Position numbers and translations under genes: made by a program. The notes under the pieces were generated by a model. It saw nothing but the letters and a program-made list of their open reading frames with translations. It was not told where the DNA came from and did not search any database. From Gemmatimonadaceae bacterium (GTDB lineage: Bacteria > Gemmatimonadota > Gemmatimonadetes > Gemmatimonadales > Gemmatimonadaceae), in NCBI GenBank assembly GCA_051859245.1, contig JBHYGA010000005.1, forward strand, positions 544,001 to 608,000: 64,000 nt of DNA, written 5' to 3'. Shown here piece by piece: positions 1-9,450 of the stretch. The number at the start of each line of letters is the position of its first letter. Positions within the stretch are counted from its first letter, which is position 1.

Positions 1-1080
1 GCTCGCCGCACCAATCAGCGTGAGTGTGGCGGCCTCCACCAGGAACTGCCACAGAATCGTGCCCCGCGATGCGCCCAGCGCTTTGCGTACGCCAATCTCG
101 CGCGTGCGCTCCGTCACCGAAATCATCATGATGCCCACCACGCCCACGCCGCCCACGAGCAGCGCCACGGCTGACAGCGCCAGACCAACCGCGAAGATCG
201 CACCAAAAAGCTGGTCAAACGTTTCGAGAATACGCTCCTGCGGAATCAGCTCAAAGTTGTTCGGTTGCGCCGGCTTGAGGCCACGCTGCGCGCGCAGCGA
301 TGCCACCACGTCGTCCATCACCACATCACGCGGAATGCCAACGCGCGGCACCACGGCCAGTGACAATCCCGATCGAAACAGATCGAGATTCCGAATGGCC
401 GAGTTGAGCGGAATGATCGCGCGCGGTGTGTCGGGGCCGCGCCCTTCGAGCGAACGAATGAAGCCCGCCTTCAGATTAAAAATGCCGATCACCATGAACG
501 GCTGACCGTTCACGCGAATCTGTTTGCCGATTGGATCAAGCGTGCCAAAGAGTTGCGCACGCAGCGTGTCATTAATCAGCACCACCGGCGTGCCGGCATC
601 ATGCTCGGCGGCCGTAAAGTTGCGACCGGGCTCAATGTCGGCGGCCGAAATGCTCAGCCAGTCGGGGCTCTGCGCGTCGTAGCCAATGTTCTTGAGTTGT
701 TGGTCGCGAAACTCAAAGGTGCTCGCGCTGCCAATCGTGCCGATCACCGTTTCAACGGACGGCAACTGCCGCAGCGTTTGCCATTCGCCAAAACTCAGCG
801 CGGGATTCTTGCGATCGGGGCAGGTGTCGTCTGTTCCGTCGCAGGCCTGAATACCAATGCCGCGCCTGGCTACCTGAAACGTTTCGGCGCCAATGTTCTT
901 GAGGTCTTCTTCAAATGAGCGACGAATGCCATTCACGGCCGCGGCCATGGTGACCACCACAAACACGCCAATGGCCACACCGGCAATCGTGAGAAAGGCG
1001 CGAACCTTGTTGGTGCGAAGCGATTCGAGCGCAATGCTGACGCCTTCGAGCGCGGTAAAAATGCGCGTAGACAGTCTCAT
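1..1080 (-). CDS. MacB/FtsX-like ABC transporter permease, partial (3' end runs off the window)
   Basis: Read by hand from ATG at 1080: MRLSTRIFTALEGVSIALESLRTNKVRAFLTIAGVAIGVFVVV... with C-terminal ISVTERTREIGVRKALGA. Paralog of 2333..3568. Confidence 0.9.
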   Translation of the reverse strand, partial: MRLSTRIFTALEGVSIALESLRTNKVRAFLTIAGVAIGVFVVVTMAAAVNGIRRSFEEDLKNIGAETFQVARRGIGIQACDGTDDTCPDRKNPALSFGEWQTLRQLPSVETVIGTIGSASTFEFRDQQLKNIGYDAQSPDWLSISAADIEPGRNFTAAEHDAGTPVVLINDTLRAQLFGTLDPIGKQIRVNGQPFMVIGIFNLKAGFIRSLEGRGPDTPRAIIPLNSAIRNLDLFRSGLSLAVVPRVGIPRDVVMDDVVASLRAQRGLKPAQPNNFELIPQERILETFDQLFGAIFAVGLALSAVALLVGGVGVVGIMMISVTERTREIGVRKALGASRGTILWQFLVEAATLTLIGAAS

Positions 1081-1084
1081 GCTG

Positions 1085-2323
1085 TTACTCCTGTCGTAGC
1101 GCGGTAATTGGATCGAGCAGTGACGCGCGACTGGCTGGATACGCGCCCGCGAGAATGCCAACGCCTGCGCCCATGACCAGCGCTACACCAATGGCCCACG
1201 GTGCAACGGCCGCGGGCAAGGGAGTGAGCGTGGCAATGAGCTGCGCGAGTGCCAGGCCGAGTGCAATGCCAATGGCTGCACCCACAATGCTGAGTGTGGC
1301 CGCTTCGGCCAGAAACTGCGACATGATATCGCGCCGGCGCGCACCGAGTGCTTTGCGCACACCGATCTCGCGTGTGCGTTCGGCCACGGCCACGAGCATG
1401 ATGTTCATGATCACCATGGCGCCCACCACCAGACTGATCGCAGGCAACGCCGTGGCGAAAATGATCAGGCGTCCCTTGAGTTGTTCAATAAAGGCAAACG
1501 CGGCGTCTTGTGTGATCAATCCAAAGTTGTCGGTTTCGCCGGGACCGAGCTTGCGTGCCGGGCGCAGTGCTTCGCGCGCCAGTTCCATGTACGCGGCGAT
1601 CTCTTCCTGGGTGCGGCCTTCTACAATCAAGGAACCAATGTCGCCCCGCGGTCGCAGCACACGTTGCATGGGCGACGTGCGCGGTGCAATGGCGAGGCGA
1701 TCCAATGAGAAGCCGAATACACTGCCTTGTTCTTCGATGACACCCACCACGGTGTAGGGCGTACCGGCAATGCGCAGTTCGCGATCGATGGGGTCGAGTC
1801 CGTCAAAAAAGTGTTTGGCCACTTCACTTCCAATCACCACCACGCGCGCACCGGCACGCGCTTCCTGATCCAGAAACGTGCGCCCCTGCGCAATTACATA
1901 GTCTTTGATGTCGAAATACGACGCATCAGTGGCCACGGCCTGCACCTGACGTGGCCGCGCATTCGGCGATGACGCGTACAGAAAACTTTCGGTGACAATG
2001 GCCGATCGCACGCCTTCGGGCATGGCGGCGCGTACCACGTCGGCGTCGAGTGGCATGAGCGGCGGGCTGCGCAACTGATCGCGCACATCGCGTCCTCGAC
2101 CCTGCGGGCCAGTACTCGCAAACCGGCGCAGCGTGAACGTATTGCTGCCAATAAGACGACCGGCGAAATCTTCCTCGACATACTTGGCCATGCCCTCCAC
2201 AATGGAGACCACGGCAATGAGGAACATCACGCCGATCATCACGCCCAGGAGGGTAAAGACACTCTTGAGCTTTTGGACCCGAATCTGATTAAATGCGAGA
2301 CGGACAGCTTCGAGAAGGGACAC
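1085..2323 (-). CDS. MacB/FtsX-like ABC transporter permease
   Basis: N-terminal TM, periplasmic domain, MNIMLVAVAERTREIGVRKALGA, ending ASLLDPITALRQE. Confidence 0.92.
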   Translation of the reverse strand: MSLLEAVRLAFNQIRVQKLKSVFTLLGVMIGVMFLIAVVSIVEGMAKYVEEDFAGRLIGSNTFTLRRFASTGPQGRGRDVRDQLRSPPLMPLDADVVRAAMPEGVRSAIVTESFLYASSPNARPRQVQAVATDASYFDIKDYVIAQGRTFLDQEARAGARVVVIGSEVAKHFFDGLDPIDRELRIAGTPYTVVGVIEEQGSVFGFSLDRLAIAPRTSPMQRVLRPRGDIGSLIVEGRTQEEIAAYMELAREALRPARKLGPGETDNFGLITQDAAFAFIEQLKGRLIIFATALPAISLVVGAMVIMNIMLVAVAERTREIGVRKALGARRRDIMSQFLAEAATLSIVGAAIGIALGLALAQLIATLTPLPAAVAPWAIGVALVMGAGVGILAGAYPASRASLLDPITALRQE

Positions 2324-2332
2324 GCGCGCGGG

Positions 2333-3568
2333 TTATTCGTGACGCAGCGCGACCACCGGATCGAGACGGGACGCGCGCAAGGCAGGCAACATGCCAAAAA
2401 GCACGCCAGTAATGACGCTCGCCGCAAGGGCTGCCACAACCGCCAGCGGGGGAACCGAGGCCGCAATGGGGCTGAACGAGCGGATGGCCACGGCGCCCAC
2501 CCACCCGGCCGCCAGTCCGATCACGACGCCAATGCCGGTGAGGGTAATGGCCTCTACCAGGAACTGCCACAGAATAGTGGCCCGCGTGGCGCCCAGCGCC
2601 TTGCGCACGCCAATCTCGCGGGTCCGCTCCGTTACCGAGATCATCATGATGGCCACCACGCCCACGCCGCCCACCAGCAGACCCACAGCCGAGAGGGCGA
2701 TCATCACCAGGAAGAACACGCCAAAGATGCTGTTGTAGGTGTCCAGTAGCTTGTCCTGGGTGATGATCGCGAATGACGATTCTTCGGCCGGACGCTGGCC
2801 GCGCAGTCCGCGCAGCGTGGCCGTGACCTGGTCCACCATGGCGTCACGCTCAACGCCGGCGCGCGGCTTCACGGCGAGCCCGATGTTGTCCATGCGTGCG
2901 CCGAGGTGCCGCGTGGCACTGTACACAGGCATGACCGCTTTGGGGCGGTCGCCGCCGCTGAGGAATGACGCCACATCTTTGTACACACCGATCACGCGGA
3001 ACGGCTTGCCGTTGAACTGCACCTCGCGGTCGAGCGGGTCGCCTTCATCGAACAGCTGTTCGGCCATTTTGGTGTTGATCACCACAACCCGCGCACCACT
3101 GGCCGCTTCGGAGGCCGTGAACGCGCGACCGGGCCAGATTTCCGGCGCGGAGAGCTCGGGCCATTCGGCGGAAAACGCTTCAATAGACGTGCCCTGCAAA
3201 CGCACGTTCCGGAAGCTCGCGTCGGCACTCCAATCAATGCGCATGCCCACCGCCTGCGCTTCCGGCAGCTGCTGCAGCGCTTCCACTTCGCTCACGCGAA
3301 TGGGCGGATTGCGCAGCCAGGCGCAGGTGTCGCCACTGCCGTCGCAGTTCTCAAACGAAATCGGATAGCGACTCACAAAAAATGTGGTTGGGCCGGCCGA
3401 TTCGAATTCCTTGGCCACGCTCATGTTGATGCCGTGCACCGCGGCCGCAATAAGCACCACTACGAACACGCCAATCGCCACACCCATAATGGTGAGCGCC
3501 GCGCGCACGCGATTCGCGCGCAGCGAACTGAGGGCGATCAGCACACCTTCTGCAATCGTGGTCAACAT
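2333..3568 (-). CDS. MacB/FtsX-like ABC transporter permease
   Basis: ISVTERTREIGVRKALGA and RASRLDPVVALRHE. Confidence 0.92.
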   Translation of the reverse strand: MLTTIAEGVLIALSSLRANRVRAALTIMGVAIGVFVVVLIAAAVHGINMSVAKEFESAGPTTFFVSRYPISFENCDGSGDTCAWLRNPPIRVSEVEALQQLPEAQAVGMRIDWSADASFRNVRLQGTSIEAFSAEWPELSAPEIWPGRAFTASEAASGARVVVINTKMAEQLFDEGDPLDREVQFNGKPFRVIGVYKDVASFLSGGDRPKAVMPVYSATRHLGARMDNIGLAVKPRAGVERDAMVDQVTATLRGLRGQRPAEESSFAIITQDKLLDTYNSIFGVFFLVMIALSAVGLLVGGVGVVAIMMISVTERTREIGVRKALGATRATILWQFLVEAITLTGIGVVIGLAAGWVGAVAIRSFSPIAASVPPLAVVAALAASVITGVLFGMLPALRASRLDPVVALRHE

Positions 3569-3571
3569 GGA

Positions 3572-4819
3572 CTATTCCGCTCGCAACGCCGTAATGGGAT
3601 CCAGACGCGACGCACGGCTGGCCGGATACACCCCGGAAATGATGCCAACACCGGCACCAACAACAACACCAAGCACAACGGACCACGGCGCCACCGCTGT
3701 TGGCAGCGGTGTCACTGCGCGCATGATCATGGCCAGCACTACACCAAGACCCACGCCACACATCGCACCAACCGCGCCGAGCGTGGATGCTTCCACAATG
3801 AACTGCGACAGAATGTCCTGACGGCGCGCGCCGAGGGCTTTGCGCAAGCCGATTTCAGCGGTGCGTTCGGCCACAGCCACGAGCATGATGTTCATGATCA
3901 CGATTGCGCCAACCACGAGACCAAACGCGGGCAACGCCACACCGGCGAGCACCAGATATCCCTGCAGTTTGTTCCAGAACTCGAGCGCGCTGTCGGCCGT
4001 TTGCATGGCGAAGTCGTCTTTTTCCGCCGGACGCAACTGATGCAACGTGCGCATGACGGTGCGCACCCGTTCCATTGTTTCCGTCATTTCCGCTTCACTC
4101 GGCGACTGAATCATGATCGCGTCGATCATGGTGGGCTCCTGATTGAAGAGCCGTCGCGCGGGCGCCTTGAATGGCACGTACGCCACATTGTCGAACGACA
4201 TGCCAAACGCGCTGCCCTGCGTTTCCGAGACGCCAATCACGGTGTACGGAATGCCCGCAATGCGCACTTCACGATCGATCGGATTGAGATTGGGAAACAG
4301 TCGCTCCACCACATCCGGTCCGATCACCACGACGGGGCTGCCGAGCGCGTACTCTTGTGGGGTGGGCAGTCGTCCGTCGGTCACTTCGAGCGCTTTGATG
4401 CCGAAGAAATCACCTTCGACGCCGCTTACGCGCACCGAGCGCGGACCGCGGCCAAACTGCGACGTCATGTTGATCGATGCGTCGGCAATCACAGCGTAGC
4501 GTGTGCCGGCGGGCAACACTTCCGCGACCGGTGCGACTTCGTGGTAACGCAGGCGCTTGCGCTTGCGGTATTCTTCCCACGTGGCGTTGTCGACGTCGCC
4601 CATGTTGATGTTCGGGCGGTGACGCAGCTCAAAGCTGTTGATTGCAATGAGCTTGCCGACCAGATCGTCTTTGAGATACTTGCCCATGCCGTTGACAATG
4701 GAAACAACGGCAATGAGGAACATGACACCGATGCACACACCCATGAGCGTAAAAGCGCTCTTGAGTTTTTGCGTGCGAATTGTGTCGAGTGCGAGCCGTA
4801 CGGCTTCTAAGGGGTTCAC
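3572..4819 (-). CDS. MacB/FtsX-like ABC transporter permease
   Basis: MNIMLVAVAERTAEIGLRKALGA and RASRLDPITALRAE. Confidence 0.92.
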   Translation of the reverse strand: MNPLEAVRLALDTIRTQKLKSAFTLMGVCIGVMFLIAVVSIVNGMGKYLKDDLVGKLIAINSFELRHRPNINMGDVDNATWEEYRKRKRLRYHEVAPVAEVLPAGTRYAVIADASINMTSQFGRGPRSVRVSGVEGDFFGIKALEVTDGRLPTPQEYALGSPVVVIGPDVVERLFPNLNPIDREVRIAGIPYTVIGVSETQGSAFGMSFDNVAYVPFKAPARRLFNQEPTMIDAIMIQSPSEAEMTETMERVRTVMRTLHQLRPAEKDDFAMQTADSALEFWNKLQGYLVLAGVALPAFGLVVGAIVIMNIMLVAVAERTAEIGLRKALGARRQDILSQFIVEASTLGAVGAMCGVGLGVVLAMIMRAVTPLPTAVAPWSVVLGVVVGAGVGIISGVYPASRASRLDPITALRAE

Positions 4820-4889
4820 AGCGAGCGGTGCAGGGGACGGGCCCGCTGGGCCCGCCCGAGTGAACGATCAATCAAGAATCAGTTGAGTA

Positions 4890-5714
4890 TCAGTCGTGTG
4901 CGACTTTGGTGGTCGCGTGCGCAATGCCCACGCGATCGACAAAGCGTTCGCGACGTTCGTCGCTTTCCACAACACCGTCACGCAACACAACAACACGACG
5001 CGCGTGCGCGGCGATATCGGGTTCGTGCGTGACCATGACAACAGTCTGACCCTGACGCGAAAGATTTTCGAACACGCGCATGATTTCCTGCGACGTGGTC
5101 GAGTCGAGATTACCCGTGGGTTCGTCGGCCAACAGAATGGACGGGCGATTCACCAGCGCACGCGCAATGGCGACGCGCTGACGCTGACCACCGGAGAGTT
5201 CGTTCGGACGGTGATGCAAACGCGGTCCAAGCTGCACGGAGTCGAGCGCTTCAGTGGCGCGTCGCTTGCGTTCGTCGGCGGGAATGCCGGCGTACACGAG
5301 CGGCAGTTCCACGTTCTGCAGCGCCGTAGCGCGCGGCAACAGATTGAACGTCTGGAACACGAAGCCGATTTCCTTGTTGCGCACGCGCGCCAGCTGATCG
5401 TCGCTCATGGCTGAGACGAGCATGCCGTTGAGCCAGTACTCACCGCCGTTCGGCGAATCGAGACAGCCGATCAGGTTCATGAGCGTGGACTTGCCGGAAC
5501 CGGACGGTCCCATGATGGCCACGTACTCATTCTTGCGAATTGCGAGATCGACGCCACGCAGCGCGCGCACCACTTCGCCGCCCATGTCGTATTCGCGCTT
5601 GAGGCCGCGCGCCACGATTACCCATTCCGGGTCGGGCGTGGTGCCAGGCACAGAGACAACTGCCTGGCGCTCGCCCGTGGTGCTGATTCCGATGTCGTCG
5701 ATTGTATTGCTCAC
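4890..5714 (-). CDS. ABC transporter ATP-binding protein (MacB/LolD-like)
   Basis: Walker [10 protein letters not shown], signature LSGGQ, Walker [14 protein letters not shown]-loop VTHE. Confidence 0.95.
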   Translation of the reverse strand: MSNTIDDIGISTTGERQAVVSVPGTTPDPEWVIVARGLKREYDMGGEVVRALRGVDLAIRKNEYVAIMGPSGSGKSTLMNLIGCLDSPNGGEYWLNGMLVSAMSDDQLARVRNKEIGFVFQTFNLLPRATALQNVELPLVYAGIPADERKRRATEALDSVQLGPRLHHRPNELSGGQRQRVAIARALVNRPSILLADEPTGNLDSTTSQEIMRVFENLSRQGQTVVMVTHEPDIAAHARRVVVLRDGVVESDERRERFVDRVGIAHATTKVAHD

Positions 5715-7003
5715 GAGGTCTTACCCTTCGCCGTGGCGTCAGTGGGTGTTGGGGCGGTGCGTACGAGTGCGCCATCCTTCAAGTCACGAATGGCCTGGTA
5801 CGTGCCAGCGACGATATTCTCGCCGGCCTTGATCCCCGAGAGCACTTCAAAATGGCGCTCACCGGCAATCCCCACTTTTACGGGGCGGAAGGTCACTTTG
5901 TTGTCTGTGCCCACCACAAACACGCCTTCCACGTCGGTTCGGCCGATCTGCTTGGCTGGTGCGGCGCGTCCAACGGCGACGGCGGTGTCTTCGGTCTTCA
6001 GCGATTCGTTCTCGCGAACGGTCAGGGCAATGATCGGGATCGACAGCACTTTCACGCGCGTGTCGGTGATGATCTTGGCCGTGGCCGAAAAGTCGGGACG
6101 CGTATCCACCGGCGGATTGATGAGCTCAATCTTGACTTCAAAATCCACGGCCTGATCGGCGCTGGCCGTGGTGCCGCTGGCGGTGGCTGACACCGAGCTG
6201 TTCGAAATCTCGACCACGCGACCATAGAACGTGGTGTCGTTGAACGCGTCGATCTGCACGACGGCCGAGTCGCCAATCTTCACTCGCGCAACGTCGGTTT
6301 CGTCCACGCGGACCTTGGTCTCGTACACGCTGAGATCGGCAATCGTGAGCAGCGTGGCCGCGTCTTTGTTGAGCGTACCCATGATCGCCGTTTCACCTTC
6401 CTGCACGCGCAGACGGGTGATCTTGCCGGACATCGGCGCGACGATCGTGGTGCGGCTCAGCGACTGCTTGGCGTCGCGCAAATTGGCGTTGGACTGTTCC
6501 ACGGAGTAACGCGCCGCTTCGAGCAACGCGGCGTTCACTTCCGTCTGCGTTTTGGCCTGCTCCACCTGCTCCACCGAAATGAGCGTGGGGGTAGCCTTCT
6601 GAATGGACAGCAGACGCTCGTAGTTGCGCGTGGCCTGAATGCTGCTGGCGCGCGTCTGGGCTTCCTGCGCCTTGGCCGACGCAAGCGCCGCTTCGGCACG
6701 CTGCACGGCCGCGGCCGGCTGCTCCGGGTCGATCTGCAGCAGGAACTGGCCACGCGTGACCATGTCTCCCTCCTTGACCGCCAGGCGCACGATCTTGCCG
6801 GTGACGTCGGCGCTGACGTCCACCTTTGTGCGTGGCTGGATCTTGCCGCTGGCCGTCACAGACGCAACGAGGTCACGCGCTTCCACTGCTTCGATGCGCA
6901 CCTCGGCGGCTTGCGGACGACTCTTCTTGGCGCCTACGAAAGCCAAGCCCGAGAGGCCCGCAACGACGACGACGGCAATGCCGATCTTAACACCTTTGGT
7001 CAT
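5711..7003 (-). CDS. Periplasmic adaptor / membrane fusion protein (MacA/YknX-like)
   Basis: N-terminal anchor, lipoyl halves ([24 protein letters not shown]) flanking a coiled-coil hairpin, [12 protein letters not shown]. Confidence 0.92.
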   Translation of the reverse strand: MTKGVKIGIAVVVVAGLSGLAFVGAKKSRPQAAEVRIEAVEARDLVASVTASGKIQPRTKVDVSADVTGKIVRLAVKEGDMVTRGQFLLQIDPEQPAAAVQRAEAALASAKAQEAQTRASSIQATRNYERLLSIQKATPTLISVEQVEQAKTQTEVNAALLEAARYSVEQSNANLRDAKQSLSRTTIVAPMSGKITRLRVQEGETAIMGTLNKDAATLLTIADLSVYETKVRVDETDVARVKIGDSAVVQIDAFNDTTFYGRVVEISNSSVSATASGTTASADQAVDFEVKIELINPPVDTRPDFSATAKIITDTRVKVLSIPIIALTVRENESLKTEDTAVAVGRAAPAKQIGRTDVEGVFVVGTDNKVTFRPVKVGIAGERHFEVLSGIKAGENIVAGTYQAIRDLKDGALVRTAPTPTDATAKGKTS

Positions 7004-7018
7004 GGAGTATTTCCTGGG

Positions 7019-8500
7019 TTACCGAAGCGGACGACCGACGGCCGCTTCGAGCTGCGTGAACGCACGCTGAAAATCAAAGATTGCGTTGATACGGTCGGTC
7101 TCAGCGCGTTCAAAATCGGTACGCGCCTGAATGAGCTCGACGAGGTTGATCGCACCGGCACGATACCGCTCTTCGGCGAGCGACAACGCGGTGCGTGCAG
7201 TGCGAGAGTTTTCTTCCTGCAGATCGACGGCCTGCTTTTGCGCCGTGAGCGTGAGATAGGCGGCCGAGATGTCGGTGGACACACGGAGCTCTTCCTGACG
7301 CAGTGTGTTCTCGGCGTTGCGGCGCTGTACCGTTGCCGTCTGCACATCGGATTCGCGGCGGAAGCCATTGAAGAGGGGCAGGGAGAGCGTGGCGCTGAAC
7401 TGATACGGGCTACGCGTGAGATCGAATGGAAAGCGATCCTGCTCAGCGCGAATGCCGGCTTCGGCTTCAGGTGTCCACGCAATCGCGTTGCACTCGGCGA
7501 GTCTGTTTGGCAGCCCGGCCGCCGCGCGCACTTCTTCTGAGCGAATGCAGCTCGCGCGCTGTCCTTCAACACCGGCGATTCCCTGCGCAATGAGCAGGTC
7601 GGTATTAGTGTTGCGTAGCGCAAAACCGGAAACACCCGAGCTGAGGCTCAACGACGGTACGTACGCACTGCGGGCGATCGACACGCCGCGACGAGCCTGC
7701 GTTTCACGCAACCGAGCCGCTTCAATCACCGGATTCTGACGTCGCGCCTGTTCGAGCAAGTCATTCACGGTCATCGTGGGCAGCGTGACATCGAGCGGAC
7801 CAGTGAGGCGCGTACCCGCCGCCGGTTCAACACCCATCAGCTGATACAGGCGCAACACTTCGATATCGGCCTGATTGCGCCCCTGCAGTGCGGCCACTCG
7901 CTGCTGGCCGTTGGCGACTTCAGCGCGCTGTACTTCGAGCTGCGTGCCAGAGCCTACCGTGAGACGAGCGCGTGCGAGATCCAACTGTGCCCGCGTGGTG
8001 GCCACCAGCGTGTCCTGCAGAATGGCGCGCGCTTCGGCCTGCCGTGCGGCAATGAACTGTGTGGTGACCTGCTGACGAAGATTCTGCTCGGAGGCCACGA
8101 TGTCGGCTTCAACAGCTTCAGCGCTGGCCTTCTGGGCGCGCAGCTGGTTGAGCGACGCCATGGACAGCTGCATGCTGGCGTTGATACTGCCGTTCGTATT
8201 GAGCTGATCGTTGGTGGAACCAAAGCCCTGACCACCAAAGAACTCCTGTCGACCTTCACGCCACGAGCCGCCGAACGACGAGCTCACGTTGGGAAGAAAG
8301 GCTCCGTAGGCATTCCGAACATTCGCGTCGGCGGTCCGCTGCGCGTTCTGCGCGGTGCGAAACGCTGGATTGTTCTGCCGCGCGGCGGCGAGCGCCTGTT
8401 CGAGGGTCAGAGTCGGCCCCTGCGAGGCGACCGGAGCAGCCTGAGCGCCAAGAGCGGGAGCCGTGCCGAGGCACGCGATCACGAGCAGCAGATTTCGCAT
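7019..8500 (-). CDS. TolC-family outer membrane efflux protein
   Basis: Signal peptide from MRNLL (ATG 8500), TLTLEQALAAARQNNP, LSLPLFNGF, AEERYRAG; first gene of the efflux operon. Confidence 0.9.
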   Translation of the reverse strand: MRNLLLVIACLGTAPALGAQAAPVASQGPTLTLEQALAAARQNNPAFRTAQNAQRTADANVRNAYGAFLPNVSSSFGGSWREGRQEFFGGQGFGSTNDQLNTNGSINASMQLSMASLNQLRAQKASAEAVEADIVASEQNLRQQVTTQFIAARQAEARAILQDTLVATTRAQLDLARARLTVGSGTQLEVQRAEVANGQQRVAALQGRNQADIEVLRLYQLMGVEPAAGTRLTGPLDVTLPTMTVNDLLEQARRQNPVIEAARLRETQARRGVSIARSAYVPSLSLSSGVSGFALRNTNTDLLIAQGIAGVEGQRASCIRSEEVRAAAGLPNRLAECNAIAWTPEAEAGIRAEQDRFPFDLTRSPYQFSATLSLPLFNGFRRESDVQTATVQRRNAENTLRQEELRVSTDISAAYLTLTAQKQAVDLQEENSRTARTALSLAEERYRAGAINLVELIQARTDFERAETDRINAIFDFQRAFTQLEAAVGRPLR

Positions 8501-8537
8501 GAGAAAAATGGGGATGAATGGATGGGACAAGCGACTG

Positions 8538-8564
8538 TACGGCGGCTGTCCGCAAAGGGTTTCA
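8538..8564 (-). promoter_or_regulatory. Putative ECF sigma factor promoter (TGAAAC-N17-CGTA) for the TolC/ABC operon
   Basis: Minus strand TGAAAC at 8564-8559 and CGTA at 8541-8538, about 40 bp upstream of the TolC ATG; resembles the SigW-type consensus TGAAAC-N16-CGTA. Confidence 0.5.
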
Positions 8565-8598
8565 GCCGTCTGTCGGGAAGGTGTCGATACGTCCCGGC

Positions 8599-9348
8599 TC
8601 AGCGCGGAACGTCATCGCGGATCGCATCCAGTCCTAGGGCGGGAACCGTCGCCCGCAAAATCCGACCGTTTGCGTCCGACCATATGACACGCCGACGGCC
8701 CGGATCGTCGACAATCCATCGCGTGGCGGGCAAACGGATACCAGCGACCACGACCGTATCCGCTGGCGCATCGAGCGTCACCCGCACGTCACGCTCCCGA
8801 TTCTCCATGGGCGCCAGCGCGTGCACCGTGAAATCCACACTCCCCGCCCGATGCCGGAGCAGCAGCGCAGCCTGGTGCACCGACTCCACCTCAAGGACCA
8901 TGACGCCGACCGGCAACAGATATTCGCGAGCGGCCTCACCGCGATCGGTGCGGGCCAGCGTCGCAAAACGCCCGCGGACACGCTGCCCGCCCAGGCGGAG
9001 CACGGTGGTGGTGCCCTCGCGCACGTCGGCCGAATAGCGGAGGGGGGAACCGGCGGTGTCGGTCTCCAGGCGGGTGGCCAGCCGGCGCTCGCCAATCGCT
9101 GATTCCGCCCGCAGCTCGAATTCCACGCCCTCCGGCGATGCCACGTGCCGCAGACTGAACTGCTCGCGCCCCACACGCACCCCTTCACGCAAAATCGTGA
9201 AGCTGCCCACATCCACGTGGTCCGGTTGCGGGCTCGCAACAGGCGTCGCACGTGCGGCCTGATGGCTGAATCCGAGGGCTGAACCTGCGGTCAGCAGAAC
9301 CGGGATCACGAGGCCAAGCACGCGGTATCGGGTACGAAGAAAGACCAT
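8599..9348 (-). CDS. Hypothetical secreted beta-rich protein
   Basis: Signal-peptide-like N-terminus from ATG 9348; alternating beta-strand pattern; no family recognised. Confidence 0.7.
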   Translation of the reverse strand: MVFLRTRYRVLGLVIPVLLTAGSALGFSHQAARATPVASPQPDHVDVGSFTILREGVRVGREQFSLRHVASPEGVEFELRAESAIGERRLATRLETDTAGSPLRYSADVREGTTTVLRLGGQRVRGRFATLARTDRGEAAREYLLPVGVMVLEVESVHQAALLLRHRAGSVDFTVHALAPMENRERDVRVTLDAPADTVVVAGIRLPATRWIVDDPGRRRVIWSDANGRILRATVPALGLDAIRDDVPR

Positions 9349-9450
9349 CCCAAGAAAACTAGTGACGCGAGGAGACCCGAACACGCTGTAGCTTACAGCG
9401 GGCTTCTCGCCGCACCGTTCGTCAACTCCCTCCGACCACGCGCAGCACGC

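Noticed and set aside
4838..4854. Hairpin CGGGCCC-gct-GGGCCCG between the ATPase and first permease as a terminator
   Set aside because: Short, inside an operon and without a U tract; at most an mRNA stability element
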